A DNA stretch of 64,000 nt from Paraspadella gotoi (Eukaryota > Animalia > Chaetognatha). Below, one piece after another: positions 37,794 to 51,510 of this stretch. Location of the stretch: positions 22,073,486-22,137,485 of the forward strand of contig CM119267.1 of the NCBI GenBank assembly GCA_051294375.1. The letters are read 5' to 3'. Positions within the stretch are counted from its first letter, which is position 1; each line of letters opens with the position of its first letter. Made by a program: the position numbers and the translations under genes. The notes beneath the pieces are model-generated. The model searched no databases and was not told the origin of the DNA. It worked only from the letters and a program-made list of their open reading frames with translations.

Positions 37794-38859
37794 TTAGCAA
37801 CAATTGTTGTCGACTTTGGACGCTTGGCGGAGATCAGCGTCGCGCAAAGTCAAGGAGGTCGTCGTCGGGGACCGCTTGACTAGACGGGCGTCGTGGAGGG
37901 AAGCGGCGACGCTGGCGAACATCTGCGAGACGCCCTGACCGGTTTTAGAGGAAGTGAAGAAAGTCTCTTCGATGCCGGGTTCGTTGCCCACCTTTTTTTC
38001 GAAAGGAGAAAACAAAGAAAATTCTCGAGTCTCTCGATATTTGTTTTTTATTGATAAAACCGAGGTCCAGCGGCGAAGCGCATGTGTCTCTCACTTGAAG
38101 ACAAAACTCGCGGAGGTCGTCTTTCGAAATCTCGTCCTCGGGACCGTCGTTGGACTGAAAAGCAAATTAGTAGGTTTCACATTTAAGAAATAAGGTGGTG
38201 ATTAAGATAACAAGTTCCGATCCCGATTCGCTCCCACCTTCAAATCATCCTTGGTGAGGCAAAGGAAGATCTTGACACCCGGCGGCGCGTGGACGACGAC
38301 CTCGAGGAGATGGTGGGGAAGGGAGGACAGGGTGGAGCGGTTGACCTTGTCGCAGACGAGGATCGCCGCCGCCGTGTGTTTGTAATAATTGGATGTGATG
38401 GTGGCCACGCGTTCCATACCTTTTAGATGTCAGGAAATATAGGGAACGAGGGGGGGTGAGTTTTCTCTGCTCAATCTGGACGGTCATCGAGAAAAAGTGA
38501 GTTAGCCTAACCTCCGGTGTCCCACAAATCCAAGGCGACGGAATCTCCCGGAGGAAATTCGTATTTTTTTGAAAAGTGATCGAGGCCGATCGTAGAGGAC
38601 GGACCCGTCTGTTAAATAGACCGGGAGAAAAGGGGTGCAAGGGAGTAAATGAGAAAAGGGCATGAAAAGGAACACAAAGAGGAAAAAAAAAGGAGAAAAA
38701 TTAGTAGTTGTCCGAACAAAAAATTAAATTAGTTAAAAAACCCCAAAGAAAACTCGCCTTGGTTGTGAAAGAGTCGGTGGAAAATCGTCGAAAAAGTGAA
38801 CTCTTTCCGGCTCCATATTCGCCGCACAGAATAACTTTGGCCGAGTAGGGGACTTGCAT
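37794..38859 (-). CDS. Rab-family small GTPase, RabX6-like
   Basis: KVILCGEYGAGKSSL (G1), STIGLDHF (G2), LWDTGGMERVA (G3 variant recalled from insect RabX6), LTKDD (G4), TSSK (G5), C-terminal CC*. Five exons. Confidence 0.85.
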
Positions 38860-39386
38860 GTCGAAAGGGGGGAAGGAAGAGGAATCACAGATGTGGCCAA
38901 GAAAGAAAAATCACAGACGGGATGGGGCGATATCACTGACTGAGAAATCACAGTTTATTAATCTAAAAAGGCGAAAGGCGTTTTTCGCGCTCGACATTTC
39001 GGTTTGATTCGACGAGAATGAGCTGTGACGAGTTCTGGCATCAAAAATTGTCATCGTCGAATCCTAAACGCATTAGAGAATAAACGGAATGAAACGGGGA
39101 AAACAATTTTTGGGGGGAAACGGACACCATGGCAAAAAAAAAACAAAAAAAAAAAAAACAAGCAAAAAACACAGAATAATAAATACAAAACGCATAATGA
39201 ATTTATAAATACGTAGACGGATGTTTTTTTACTGAAAGATTATCGATCTGGACCAGGTGCATCAATGCGGTAAAAAATTCAATGATTTTTAACGCCATAT
39301 ATAAACTTTCATGACGCAACAAACGATAACGTTGGTGCCATTTAATAAACATGAATACAACTAGGAATGAGAAGTTAATTATTCTC

Positions 39387-40806
39387 TCAAAATGAGATCA
39401 AGTCGTCGACAAAAACGGTGTCGCCGACCTGGACGGAGGCGACGTCTCTAGATCGATCGTACGCCTCTCTGATTTGTCGACCCAACGAGTCATGAAGCTC
39501 CCGGAAACGAGGGACGCGAAATCGTCGGACGTCGGCGACTTGTTTCCGGTCGCTGGAAAAGGATTCGTCGACGGTGTCAAAGTTGAAAGTCGAGGAAGGT
39601 TGTTTTTCGGCGGCATCGATGGTCGAAAGGGATTCGGCGCCATCGTAAAACCTAGAGCTCCCTCTATCTTTTTTAGCCGGCAACTCTGGAATGGAGCACG
39701 CGCCACCTTCGCCGAAAACAGGCATGCCGAAAACATCCAACGCGGCTCCGCCGTCGACGGCCAGGGTCACCGAGGTTGCCATGGAAACGGAATACACGTC
39801 GCGAAAATCGTAGAGGTTTTGGGTGAGGAAATGTCTCAGCGGTTGAGGGCACGGAGGGACGAGGTTCAGGACCACAGACCTAAAAATACTTTCCAGTTTA
39901 CTTACGTACGCGAGTGTCAAAGCTAAAACCCGCATCGTAAAATCCGCGGCAAAAGTGTTTTCTTTGACTATCTCTGCGTTAATCTGACTCTGTTTGAGTT
40001 GATCTCTCACCGCAAATACTCCTGCAATTCGTTCCGACGACGAAGAATGAAAGCTGGGTCGTGGTTGTGAAAAAGTCGCTTCGGGGGAAGTTGTAGAAGA
40101 CCCGAGTCACCGATCGAAAACATGGACTGCAATCTACGATGATGACGGAGCGACACAAAGCGTAAGATGTTAATAAGTGAAAAGTTTGTATGTATTATAT
40201 TTGAGGTTCAGCTCACCCAGAGAAACTATTTAATTTTAATCAAATTGAGATTTACATCATTAGCTCGAGTAGAGGGCGGGAAAGGGTGGACGAGAGCGGG
40301 CAATGGCCGGAACGGGCAAGCGATGACGGTTAATTTCATTATCCAACATTTAGAGGCAAAATGGTTTTATTATTATTTATTAATTATCCAACATTAAAAT
40401 TGGTGTATACAATAAATAATAATCAATAAATAAGCGAACCATTTAAGAATAATAAATAAATGAGCAAACGCTTAATATAATGTTTTATTTGTATACAAAT
40501 TAACACTCAAAACGAATAAGAGTCCGATGACAAATCTCCACGAAAATTTTTTTCATATATGGAAATTCACGATCTACTTTTCAGTCCCCAATCTACCCTC
40601 CAACTTTCACACTCCCTGTCCCAAATCCACTACCTCGCTCACCTGTCGTGGAGATCTTTGAAGTCGTTGTACCTCCGTGCCACCCGCCATGTTTGTCCCC
40701 CAGGCAGCGCCACCTCGATAACGTAAAAGGTGACGTCCCGGCGAGAATTGGCGTCCACGATAGAGACGGCGCGCTCGTTCAAGTTTTTCAGCGAAACCTC
40801 GTTCAT
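39387..40806 (-). CDS. PX-domain protein resembling the nischarin N-terminus (no LRRs)
   Basis: Exons ~40806-40643, 40132-40011, 39878-39387: TFYVIEV...WRVARRYNDFKDLHDRL...LPPKRLFHNHDPAFILRRRNELQEYL...PQPLRHFL. Confidence 0.7.
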
Positions 40807-41214
40807 CCTCGTCGAGATTCGTGGAACGAATTCGAATGAAACTCCGAGTCATTGGCGTCCCAGGAATGAAAACGTAAGCCCCGATTCGTCGCTTTTCTTG
40901 TCGTCGTTATCGTCTTCATCTTAAGACATTGAATTACAAAAAAATGATTTGTTTCCACGAAGGGTGGAATGACGAGTAAAGCGAAAATCAACAAGCAAAA
41001 TAAAAACTTTTACTCAATTTTAAAAACTTAAATAATCAAATAATGTCTCCGCTGGTCTGGACTTAGTTTGCATTTGGTTTCAGTGGTAAGGGTTGGTTGC
41101 AAAATCACATCTAAGACGAATTGAATTTGACAAACTTCTGGTTATGTAAGAGAGGCAATTTCGAGGGTCAGCCTAGGCGCTAACGCAGCGTTTGGCCTGG
41201 GTCATGGTCTCCCC

Positions 41215-44198
41215 TTAACAGTACTTTGACATGAATCCTTTCGAGGCGTCAGCGATCCTCTGCCATCTTCCCCTCGGTTCCAAGAGTCTCGCTGCAGCGA
41301 CGCGAATCTTGTCCCTGTTCTTCCTCAGATACAACTCGCCGTCATTGATGAGCTGATCGAGCTTCTCCGGCCTGGACTCGTCCAGCAAAGTGTCCTCGGA
41401 CATGTAAGGATTGAAGCGAAAATAGGCGCCTTTGGGTAGAAAATCCTGCAGCATGGTGTGGACGCACTCCGTGTCGGTGGCGCCGTCGATCAACTTGACG
41501 ATTTTTTCCTTGAGGGAAGAAGTGTCGAGCTCCGGCCGATCTCCGGCGTAGTAGCGTCCCGTGCCGAGTGAAACGACGCATTGGATCGGCTCGTCGGGCC
41601 AGAGGAGGCGCGCCTCGTGCACCGCCAGCGCCGCCGGGTTGTTGACCATGAGGCCACCGTCCTGGTGCAGCACTCCGCGGACGCGGAATTCTTCGAAGAT
41701 GCCGGGCGCGGCGGAGGAGGCTCGGAGTGCCTGCCACACCATAGCGTCGGCGGTGCCGGGAAATTTAGAAGGAGAGTTGGGTGGGTGGTTGTAATTGCGG
41801 AAAATGTAAGGGGTCAGGCGAGGTAGGTTAACGGCGGAGGAAACTATGGCCATCTTGGGGATTGTGGAACATCTCGCCGTCTCACTCAGCTCCAGCGCGC
41901 CGCAGTCTCGCTGTAGAAGCTGGTTCCAATAGTTGGAATCGTAGTAAGCGTGGTTGGTGACCAACTTAGATGCTCCCTTCAAGATGTTGCGCTTAAAGAC
42001 TTCGACGGACATAATTCGGTAGAGCTTGAGACAATCATCAATGGGGCAATCGTAGATGGCAGACATCGTGGCCAGAATGGAACCCGTGGAAACTCCGGCG
42101 ACGTAGTCGAAGAGTTGCTGCAGCGGCACTCCACCGCACTCTTCCTGCAAACGCTTCAGCATCAGAACCGACATGAGGGCGCGAATTCCGCCTCCGTCGA
42201 TCGCCAGGATGCGAACGCCGCGTCGTGGCAGCGGCAGAGAGTGTCCGCACATTGTCAGGGTCTCTCGCAGCACGGCCCGCTTCGGACCGGGCGGAGCAGC
42301 ATCCAAACGACGAAGAAGGAACGCCTCAAAGTTCTCCTCCCTGACGATGGTCCGTAGCGAAGGATTCGCGCGCAAGATCCGCGTCAGCTCCAGCAGACGC
42401 TCCATCGTGGAAGCCTCGTCGCGAGATTGACGTAGGTCGTACAACAACAACTTCAGCGAGCCCTCCAGCATCGCCTTGGTCGCTGGTTTCTCGGAAATCT
42501 CGTCACGTTTCAGCTGCATTCCCGTCCAGTTGCCTTCGAACGACGGGACGGGGTCTTGAACGTCTTCGTCGTCCTCATCGACATCCTCGAATTTCCCTGT
42601 CCACGGTAACGACCGCGTGACCTCATCGGCGTGGTCGGCCTCTAACTCGGTCGACAGACCAGATATTGTCAAATTCCTGGATTTGTAAGGCGACGCGGGA
42701 CCCGCGTAGAGTTTAGCGAAGCACTTTTCGCGGAGGTAGACCTGGTGGGACTAATGTTTATCACGGTCCCGACGTATACAAGGCCTGGCCGATCTAACTG
42801 GGACTAAAACTTTGTCAATTTTTTTCTTGATGAATTCTCTCACCGACTTTTACTAACAGTTTTATCACTTCTTTCATAATATTTCTTTTTAAATCACAAA
42901 TTTGGTCCCAATCAATCAACCGAACTTTGTATAAGTAACTTCGCATTGAAAATTTTTTTTAAAGACCAACATTTTTCATCCAAAGCGAATACACATTCCT
43001 CATTTCACATTCCCCAATCCCCGATAAACACCTTTCGTCGGTCGAATTTTTCTCGGTTGACGCGCGCCTCTTCATTTTCCAGGTCTCGCAAGAGTCGTTT
43101 GAGGTTTTGCACGGAGGCGATCTCGGCGATGGAGTTGGCCTCAATCGTCGCCTTCATCAATAAAAAGACGAAAGTAGAACTATCACTTCACGAATTACCC
43201 GCGATAATAACAAAAATAATAAATTAATAAGTTGCGTCAAAATAAAAAGTTGTTCGCATTTGTAGCCTAAATTGTTCCAGAAAAAACCTTCACAATTACA
43301 GGCTCACCTTGATCGCCTGGAATCGCTGCATCAACGTTGGCGGGACTCGATCGACCTTGTCGTATTTCTCCACCTGCTTCTCGAGATTGAAGAAGGACTT
43401 GAGAACGGACGACTGGAGGTTGAGCATTCGCTTGAGGGTGCTGTACTGAGCGGAGGCGTCGGCCGAGGAGTCCCGCTCCCTCGGTTTGTTGGCGAAGGAC
43501 GTCCAGAGTTCCTTCACGGATCCGCCGAGGAGACTTTGGAGGCGGAGATACTCGGACAGAAGCGAGTCGAGTTTGCTCTCCGCGGATTTAGAGTCTTTTG
43601 ATTCGGTTCGAAGGCCGGCAGAGGGCGTCGTCGTCATCGCCGTTACGACGCTCGATTCGGCCGTGGGAAGAGAGGAAGAGGCGGAATTGTTTCCAGCTTT
43701 CGAATTATTGTCCCCCTTCTTCCCGCTTCGCGTCTTAGAAGCCCATGAGATTGGCGCATGACCCAACGTCAACCTTTCAACCCCCGCACCCGGGGGAACT
43801 TGACTATCGAGGCTCCCCCCCTCTGAATTACCGATCAGAGCCTGCCACTTTTGACCAAAATTAGTTATAAACTGTTCGTACTCCGAATCGTACTTGATTT
43901 TCAACTGACCCGACGCGGACTTGACTTTCGTCTGAAGGTTTCTCAACGAGGTCGGAAAGGAATCGGCGCCCTCGGCGTTTGAAGGCGCCTGGTCGTCGAG
44001 CGCCTCTCGTGAGGGCGCCGCGTCGTCGTTCGTTTTTTCGTGATTGGCCGAAGACGAAAGACTTCGCCGTTGATCGGACAAGACGCCGGCACCCGCGAGG
44101 TAGGCGCCGTTGAGACGGCCCTCCCGACGCCGGCATCGGCAGGACAAGCTCGCCAACGTCCTCGGAACGGAGGAGTCGACCCTACGCCACGACCTCAT
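41215..44198 (-). CDS. PNPLA8: Calcium-independent phospholipase A2-gamma (patatin-like)
   Basis: ILAIDGGGIR, AGVSTG (GxSxG), ASSAAPG, HQDGG, VSLGTG; Arg-rich mitochondrial-type N-terminus; exons ~44198-43308, 43151-43032, 42741-41215. Confidence 0.9.
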
Positions 44199-44745
44199 TG
44201 TTCAAAAGGAGTCTAAAAACGTCCGCGTCATCTCCCGCAAGTACAACGACCGTCTTAATAAAAACTACAGAAAAACAAAATAACGGTTGGACATTTTTCA
44301 CAGCAGATAAGAAAAAAAAACCAAATTTGAGTTGTAATATGCATATATAACTGAAGTTTTGAAAATGATTTTTTATTCACGAGACGAATTAGGAGGCACG
44401 TTTCATTAAAAGAAATTAAAACCTACTCGCTATCTCAAGGGGCGGGAAGGTATCCCTCAATTTTTAAAAGTCAAAAGCTTTTTTGTTGAATCACAAAATT
44501 TTGAAAACTGAAAAAAATAACAAGAATCGATCTAATAAGACCGCGGAAACGTTAATAGCGAGCTTGATAATAAATAATATCAACAGCGCCGTTGTATCCA
44601 AAGAAATAAAAAAAAGGGTACCTCTGCGAAAGGTAAGAGACGACCTAGACCTCATAAAGGGGGGAAAAGACGAGGAGTAAATTGAACTGGAAGAGTGACT
44701 CCCTTCGTAAGAGAAAGGAGCCTCGCCCGCGCCACGTAAAGACCA

Positions 44746-45415
44746 TCAGACCGGCTTTATTCCCAACCGCCCGAGATTCTGATTATAGTGATCGTCCCGA
44801 CGATGTTGACGTTTGGCGACTGAGTCTTCAAGTGCCGCACGCGCCGCCGCTGTGGCTGCCGCCGCCGACGCGCCCTTCTCCTCGGACGCCTTTCCCACAG
44901 CCTTCACGTCGTGGAAATAGTGGGATCCCCAGAGGGCGCACTCGACGCAAACGTCGATCTTGCAGCCGATGCAGAAGAGGCTGGCTACTTTGTGCGGATG
45001 ATCTGCGCACCAAACCGTCGATGACTCAGGCAGCATCGGCTGCAGCAGCCGCGCTAAAGCGTCGATCCAAGGTACGCGGACGAAACGATCCAGACCCACG
45101 AAGCCGCGACAAATGGGACAGCCCTTGGCCGAGTCGGAAAATTGGGTAATCTAGGGCGAGGAAAAGAGACGGGAAGTTGAGTAAGTACTCAGCAAATAAA
45201 TTTAAAAACTCGCTCACCAAACCCACACCTATTCCGTCTTAATTTACCCTCACCCGCAAGTTCGGGCGTCGATTAGAGTACCAAGTCTGTATGCAGCCGA
45301 GACAGGCGACGCCGGCGCAAACTGGACAGACGTGAGCGTCGCGCGGGACGCAGAGGCAGATGGAGCAGCAGACGGTATCGAGGGCGTAACGTAATTCCTC
45401 TCCTCCGAAACTCAT
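44746..45415 (-). CDS. RING + B-box protein, TRIM37-like N-terminus only (~190 aa)
   Basis: Two exons: CSICLCVPRDAHVCPVCAGVACLGCIQTW...CPICR...VRVPWIDAL; B-box CADH...FCIGCKIDVCVECALWGSHYFH (CALWG as in TRIM37). Confidence 0.7.
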
Positions 45416-45675
45416 CGCTTCTTTCCTCTTTTTTTTTAGGCGAGTTTAAGAAAAAACTAGTCTGATTCTAAAGCGAGGGCATTTTTGATAACGAATTGCC
45501 ACGCCCAATTGACACTTCTGATTTCAACTGTGACTGAAAAAATAACGAAATCAACATTGATAAACGGCCGCCAGGGAATAGCAAAAAAGCAATGCTCCAG
45601 TTTCACCCAGCTCAACATTTTTCATAATTATATCGGGAGTTCATTTCGTATACATCCACCGGCCGAATTCTTATA

Positions 45676-46404
45676 TCAATGCGGCTCGGGCACGTGACCG
45701 TCAACGTAAAAGTTTCTCGTGGCCATGGGCAGCTTGAGAGTCATGCCTTCCAACTCTTTGGTCAGGATGATCTGACAACTGAGTCTAGAGTTCTCCTGGA
45801 GATGAGGAGCGAGATCGAGCATGTCCTCCTCCTCGTCTTTGGCGAGGGGGAGTTTATCGAAGAAGGCCTGATCGACATACACGTGACAGGTGCAGCAGGC
45901 GAGCGAGGCTTCGCAGGCGCCTGAGGAGGGGGGGGGGAGATCGTGCGTTCGGGGAATATTAACTTTACTATTTACATCAATAAACAAAACGAGATCCTTT
46001 GACTCGTAATTAAATGTTCCTTTCTCCCTTTCTTTCTTGCATAAACACGACCACCTGCCTTCGATCTCGATCTTATGTCGATGTGCGAGGTACATCACGT
46101 TGTCGCCTACTTTCCCCCTGATTTTTATCGAGTTATTTTGTTTGTCCACGTAAACGAGATTGACGGCTTGGGATTCGTCCTCGGGGTCTCGCCACTCGTA
46201 CTCTCCGTGGCGCAAGGGACCGGATGTTCCGAAGCTCCGCGTCCACGCCGCCAGCGAGGGGGCATGGCGATGAGACGAAGGCAACGGGGAAGTTTCTCTT
46301 GCGTCTATGACGGATTTACTTAACTCGGTCGCCCGGAATCTGGCGCGCCAAGCGTTTCTACACTGTCTGACTCGTAAACGAGAAGTAAAGTTTCGAAGAA
46401 ACAT
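45676..46404 (-). CDS. FDX2: Mitochondrial ferredoxin-2 (adrenodoxin-like)
   Basis: EGACEASLACCTCHVYV, EEDMLDLA, SRLSCQI, TRNFYVDGHVPEPH*; one intron 46058-45922. Confidence 0.93.
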   Translation of the reverse strand: MFLRNFTSRLRVRQCRNAWRARFRATELSKSVIDARETSPLPSSHRHAPSLAAWTRSFGTSGPLRHGEYEWRDPEDESQAVNLVYVDKQNNSIKIRGKVGDNVMYLAHRHKIEIEGRWSCLCKKEREKGTFNYESKDLVLFIDVNSKVNIPRTHDLPPPSSGACEASLACCTCHVYVDQAFFDKLPLAKDEEEDMLDLAPHLQENSRLSCQIILTKELEGMTLKLPMATRNFYVDGHVPEPH

Positions 46405-46993
46405 GTTTTTTTTTTTTTTTTTTAATCACGTGTATCGGGTTTGTTTTTTTCAAGTCAACATATTACTTCTACAAAATACTTAGGAGTAAGGCACGTCGAA
46501 TAAAAAACATAAAAAAAAAAAAAATAACGCTTCCAAAGCGAAAGTAAACCGGCAGAATGGAGAGGGGATTTCAAAACAAAAGGACTGAAAAAATCAATAA
46601 TCACAACAATTGGGAAAGGAATGAACATAAATAAGGGGAAATGAGGGTCAAAACAATCGACTACGTACATAGTGCAAACTATAAATGAAAAACTCAATAA
46701 CTATAAAAAGTTCAAACAATCTTGTTAGTAGTCCTGACAAGCGCGACTGGTTTAACAATAACATTATAACAGCAACTTTCGGCAAACCGTCTTTCTGAAC
46801 AAGCGAACTACAAGCTAAAAAAATATCACCCCATAACTAAAAAAAAATAAAACCATGTATGAACGAGGGGATATAATCTTTTGAGCCAGAAAGAAAAGAA
46901 GATCTTGAGCTTTTTTGTGACTGTTGTTCATGTAATTTTTTTTCTCTCTCCCTCTGCAATTTGGGTAGTCGAGTGACTCTTTGCCCTTCCACC

Positions 46994-49900
46994 TCACGTG
47001 TCCACATCTCCGAGCGCCTCGGCGAATTTCGGCGGCGGCCATCGCCACGAGGTTCGCCGAGGTTTCGGTCGCTCCTTGGCTTTCCCAGCGCCGCTCTCCT
47101 CCCCGCCTCCGGCCGCCGAATCCAGGACGAGCAGCGGCCGCCAAATTTTGGTGGAGGGTGTACGAAGCGCCAACGTCTCCGGCGAGAGGCGATGGAAGAG
47201 AACGAGGCTTTTGATGTCGAGAATGATGAGAGCCATGATATCTGTAAAAGAAAAAACTTTTTGAGTCTCAAATTTATCACATTTGTTACTTGCGCTCAGA
47301 AAATCGTACTAAAATAAAATATATCATCAGTTAACTTGAATAAAAATAAAAGGAAAAAATGACCAAATTAGTATTTAAGAGCAAGTGTAAGAGATGATTA
47401 TTTAATATGATCTTAAATGAGATTGATTGATTCAATCTCATTTGCATATTGCAGTATTGAATCTAAATGTGTCTAATTTCATTTTGGATTTTGGTATTAG
47501 TTCTGTTTCATGGTTTTCTAGTAGCTAAATATAGTCTTTAGCAATGTTAATGATTAACATGAGTCATAGTAATATTTTAACTAATTAATTAATAATAATA
47601 CTTTAACATTTTATTACTTAAAGATTTGACTTGCTCATATTTAGTGATTCCTTTATTTGTTCAGAAGTTAAACCATTATTCAGCTTTGGTTTTGGGGACG
47701 CACTCTCTTGTTAGAGTCCATTTCTCCTTATCAGAGCTCAATCAGCATAAGATTAACATCTTAACAGTTAATCACTAATAGTGCTAAATTGTGTTCAATA
47801 AGGTCTAAGCACAATATAATAGAGATAAATAAATAGTGTATAATTGTGTTTCCATTTCTCTACTTCAGGCAAAGCTAACTAGCTGTACACATTAAAGACA
47901 GTTTACATGGTGAGCGAGCATTCTTCACCGATGCCAAGTCAAGTCAAGATACCATCAAGTAAGATATTAATGAACACTGAACCTTTAGTATCTAGTAATA
48001 TGCCTACCTTATCACAGGCAAACATACCCTCATATATCTGGTACATAAACCTCCCCTTATACAAGCTTTGTTAACTAAAATTGCCAATTTGCAATTGTAA
48101 GATAATTAAAGATTTTCGTACTCACCCTGAGAAAATAAGACGAGATGGGCGTCCACAAATTGGGGCGAGTGATGACCCCACTCGGCCACCTGGCACGCCG
48201 TCTTGATCCGAGCCCGACACTTGTCGGGCAGAGCGTAGTCGGTCCGCATGAAGCAGTCGGACGGAGTGCGGTAAGGCTGCGGCACAGTGTAGACGGAAGG
48301 ATCGTTGTGTCGCTGCGGCGCCACGGGTTTGAGTCGATCAATGGCAAGTTGATCCTCTTCCGAGGGAAAGAGAAAATCTCGCAGGTCTCCGCTGAAGGTG
48401 ATTTGGCCGAACGGCACGTTGGGGTCGCCTGGAGAGGAACGGGTGGGATGGAAGGTAAATAAAAAGAATAATAAATAAATAAACAATAAATAAACCTGCT
48501 AAATGTTACTTATTCTCTTTACCCGAAAGTTTGACGGCTTCAAACTCAAAGGGACTTTTCTTCTCGACGGCCACAAACTCGATTCCGTGTCCACCGTAGG
48601 TTCCCTTGAAGACTCCAGGTCGAAGAGGAAAATAGCCCGGAGATCCTTCCGAAGCCGCGGAAGTATTGGGAGTGGGATCTGGTTTGTTACTGTTTGCTGT
48701 CGGGCCGTCGAACGCAAAGTCGCACGAGAGATTGTAGCGTTGGAAGGCGAATTTGCCTGAGTGCAACCTGATCGTGTCGTACTTGGTGAGAGAGAGATAG
48801 CGAAAGGTGTTGTCCTCTTGACGGAAATCGTCAAAGTCGCGTTTGTGTGTCTGCATGTCGAGAAAAAAGGAAAAACCAATGAAAACGCAAATCTAGAAAT
48901 GGATCGGTACATATACCGCAGGGTCTTCTTTAATTTCAAATCACTTATTTTCTTGGGCATCTCCCCGCTCACCTGAGGACAGAGGCATTCGAGGCTGAAC
49001 GAAGGCTTCAAATCCTTCTTTCGACTAACGACGTCGTCGAGGCGTTTGAGGATGGCGCCGTGAGGCTTCGGCGCCTTCTTCTCCTCTTCCTTTCTTCTCT
49101 TCTCGTCCCCGTCATCTTCCTCATTTTTCTTCTCGTCTCCCTCCCACTCCATCCCATCGCTGTTGATTCTCCCAAACAAATCCCAATCTTCGACGGTGGT
49201 ATTTTCCTCTTCCTTGTTTTCGTCGCGTTCGTCGTCGTCTTCGTCGTCGACGTCTTCGCTGCTCGCTTGACCCGAAATAAAAATAACTGGTCAAACGCAT
49301 CGGCCTTTATTAATATCTTTTCTTATGCACTCACTATCGCCCCTCGAGGCGGAGAAGACGCGACGTCGTCGTCGGACGGCCGATTCCGCCTGGACGAATT
49401 GCTGGTTGAGACATACCTCCCGCGGACAGTCTCTGGAGTCCAGCTTCACACCGAACACGTCTTTGAAGGTCACCTTTAAAAGCAATGCATTTATCCAAAA
49501 ATTTAAAATAAAATTAAAATTTAATTTAGAATTTAATTTAAAATTTAAACTTAAACCATACCTCCTGGTCAAAATGTGGGTTCTCAGGCGGAATGATCTC
49601 TTTGCCGACGAGCATGCCCTTCTGCACGACGACTTTTAGTAAGCCTCCGTAAAAATTCACTTGGCGAACCCAGCATCCCAAAGCCCACCCGTATTTGTAG
49701 AGAATGTTGATGTAAAATTTACGAGGGCTCATATCGGCCGTTCTGAGAAGAGTGAGGGAGAGGAAGAATGAGTTAGTAATTACAGGGTTGTGATATGACG
49801 AGAGTTTATGTCCAACAGTTGAACGACAAAAGCGTTAAAAAGCTGCACAACCTGTAGCACTCGGGTGCGAGACCAAACTCTCGCTCGATCTTCTCTGTCC

Positions 49901-50216
49901 AGATGCACTCGCTGAGTGACGCTTCCCGCAGATATTTGCAAGTGGCCGCGACGGCGACCACGTCACGACTGGAGAGAAACTTGAAGACGTGTTCGATGAC
50001 CTCGGGCGGGAGGGCGTGGAGGGTGATCTTGGAGGGACGGTCGTCGACGATCCGCTGGAGCCGACCGTTAATGACCACGTGGCCGGGAGGGACGGTCGAT
50101 CGAGAAGAGGTGGTAGCGGTAGCGACCGGTGGTTTCGAGGAAGCGCCTCGGGTTCGTGGAGGGGGAGTGGAAGGAGGAGTGGCATCCCGGATATTGTCGA
50201 ACAAATCCCAATCCAT
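46994..50216 (-). CDS. FBXO31: F-box only protein 31-like
   Basis: F-box LHALPPEVIEHVFKFL; YGGLLKVVV; PPENPH; LRPGVFKGTYGGHGIEFV; KLSGDPNVPFGQITF; about 7 exons. Confidence 0.85.
47387..48062 (+). repeat. Dispersed repeat, long copy, in an FBXO31 intron
   Basis: Both ends match 15299-15510. Confidence 0.75.
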
Positions 50217-50505
50217 TTTTTTTTTGGTTTTTGTTTTTATTTTGAACCCGACAAAGAGTTACACAATCGATTCGTAATTAAGTGTTCTTTTTGTCATCTC
50301 CGAAGTAATTGGACTATTTCCCAACGAGAGGGAAAAAAATCCACTACCTGCGGGGAAGGCTAATCGAAAAACACTTAAAATTTCTTTTTTTAACGCGATT
50401 AAAAGCGAAGTACAACGTTAACAAAGTAGCTTCCCCTCCCTAAATTAAAACCGTTAACCCTCAATTCGAAAAAGAAATCGTCAAGATTTGTGGTTCTCTC
50501 CCAGT

Positions 50506-51510
50506 CTAGAAATTCATCTTGTGCGGGAACATGCCCTTGCGGATGCAAAAGGACGAAGCCAAGTATTGGCACATCAGCTTCTTCTCCGGATGACCCCTGA
50601 TCGCGGTGAGGATCTGACGATCCACTTCCACCTGGAAAAAAGTAGCAGAAGAAATACTAATCCAATTTTAATTTGAGAAAAAAAGGAGGGGAAAAAGTCT
50701 GGGGTATTATTTTCCCCAGCTCGAACCTGATCCTTTTTCCTCTGTTGGGTGACGACGTAAGTCTCCTTTTTCTGCTCAAAGATCTCGCCCTCGCCGTGGC
50801 GGACCTTCTTCGTCTTCTTTCTGCGGAAGTAGTCGTCGTTGAGCGTATCCGAGAGGTTGACCTTGGAAATGTCGACCTGGAGAGGAGGGGGAGAGGAAAG
50901 ATAATATTTTCCTAATTCGTTTGTAACTCTCCCGATCCTCTAAAATTGTAACTAGCCTTTGTCTTGGTGGCGATGACGTAGATCTGATTGATCCTTCTCA
51001 AGGGGCAACGATTGATCCTAAAAGGTCCCGTGACCAACAGGAGTCCCGAGGCCAATTGCTTGAGAAACACGACGCGCTTGCCCTTGTGGGCGCCGGCGAC
51101 GAGGATGAGCACGGTGCCCGGCGTGATGGAGGATCGCAGCTTGTGGCGGTGCTCGCTAAATGGCTTCTTGTTGCTGGCCTTGCGTCGCGGACGGCTCTGG
51201 GTCGGCAGAGAACGCGGCGCCTTGTTCAGCTGAACCACACGCTTCTCGCCGTTCTTCTCACCGCCGATCTCCTTGGTGATGGTCGTTGACTGGAAGAGCG
51301 AGACGCATAACGAATAAGTGAAGAATCGAAATGATAACAAGAGAAACTACAATATTGTAATATATAATATTGACTAACCTTCTTGGCGGCCACCTTCTTC
51401 TCAGCCTTCTTGTTCTTAACGAAAGCCGCCTTCTTGTGGTACATGCGTGAACGGGAGAACCGCATGATACCTCCGTTAATCTTGACGTTTCTTGCCGAGT
51501 GAGGAGCCAT
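50506..51510 (-). CDS. RPL6: 60S ribosomal protein L6 (eL6)
   Basis: [11 protein letters not shown]; [40 protein letters not shown]; [12 protein letters not shown]; FPHKMNF*; four exons. Confidence 0.97.
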
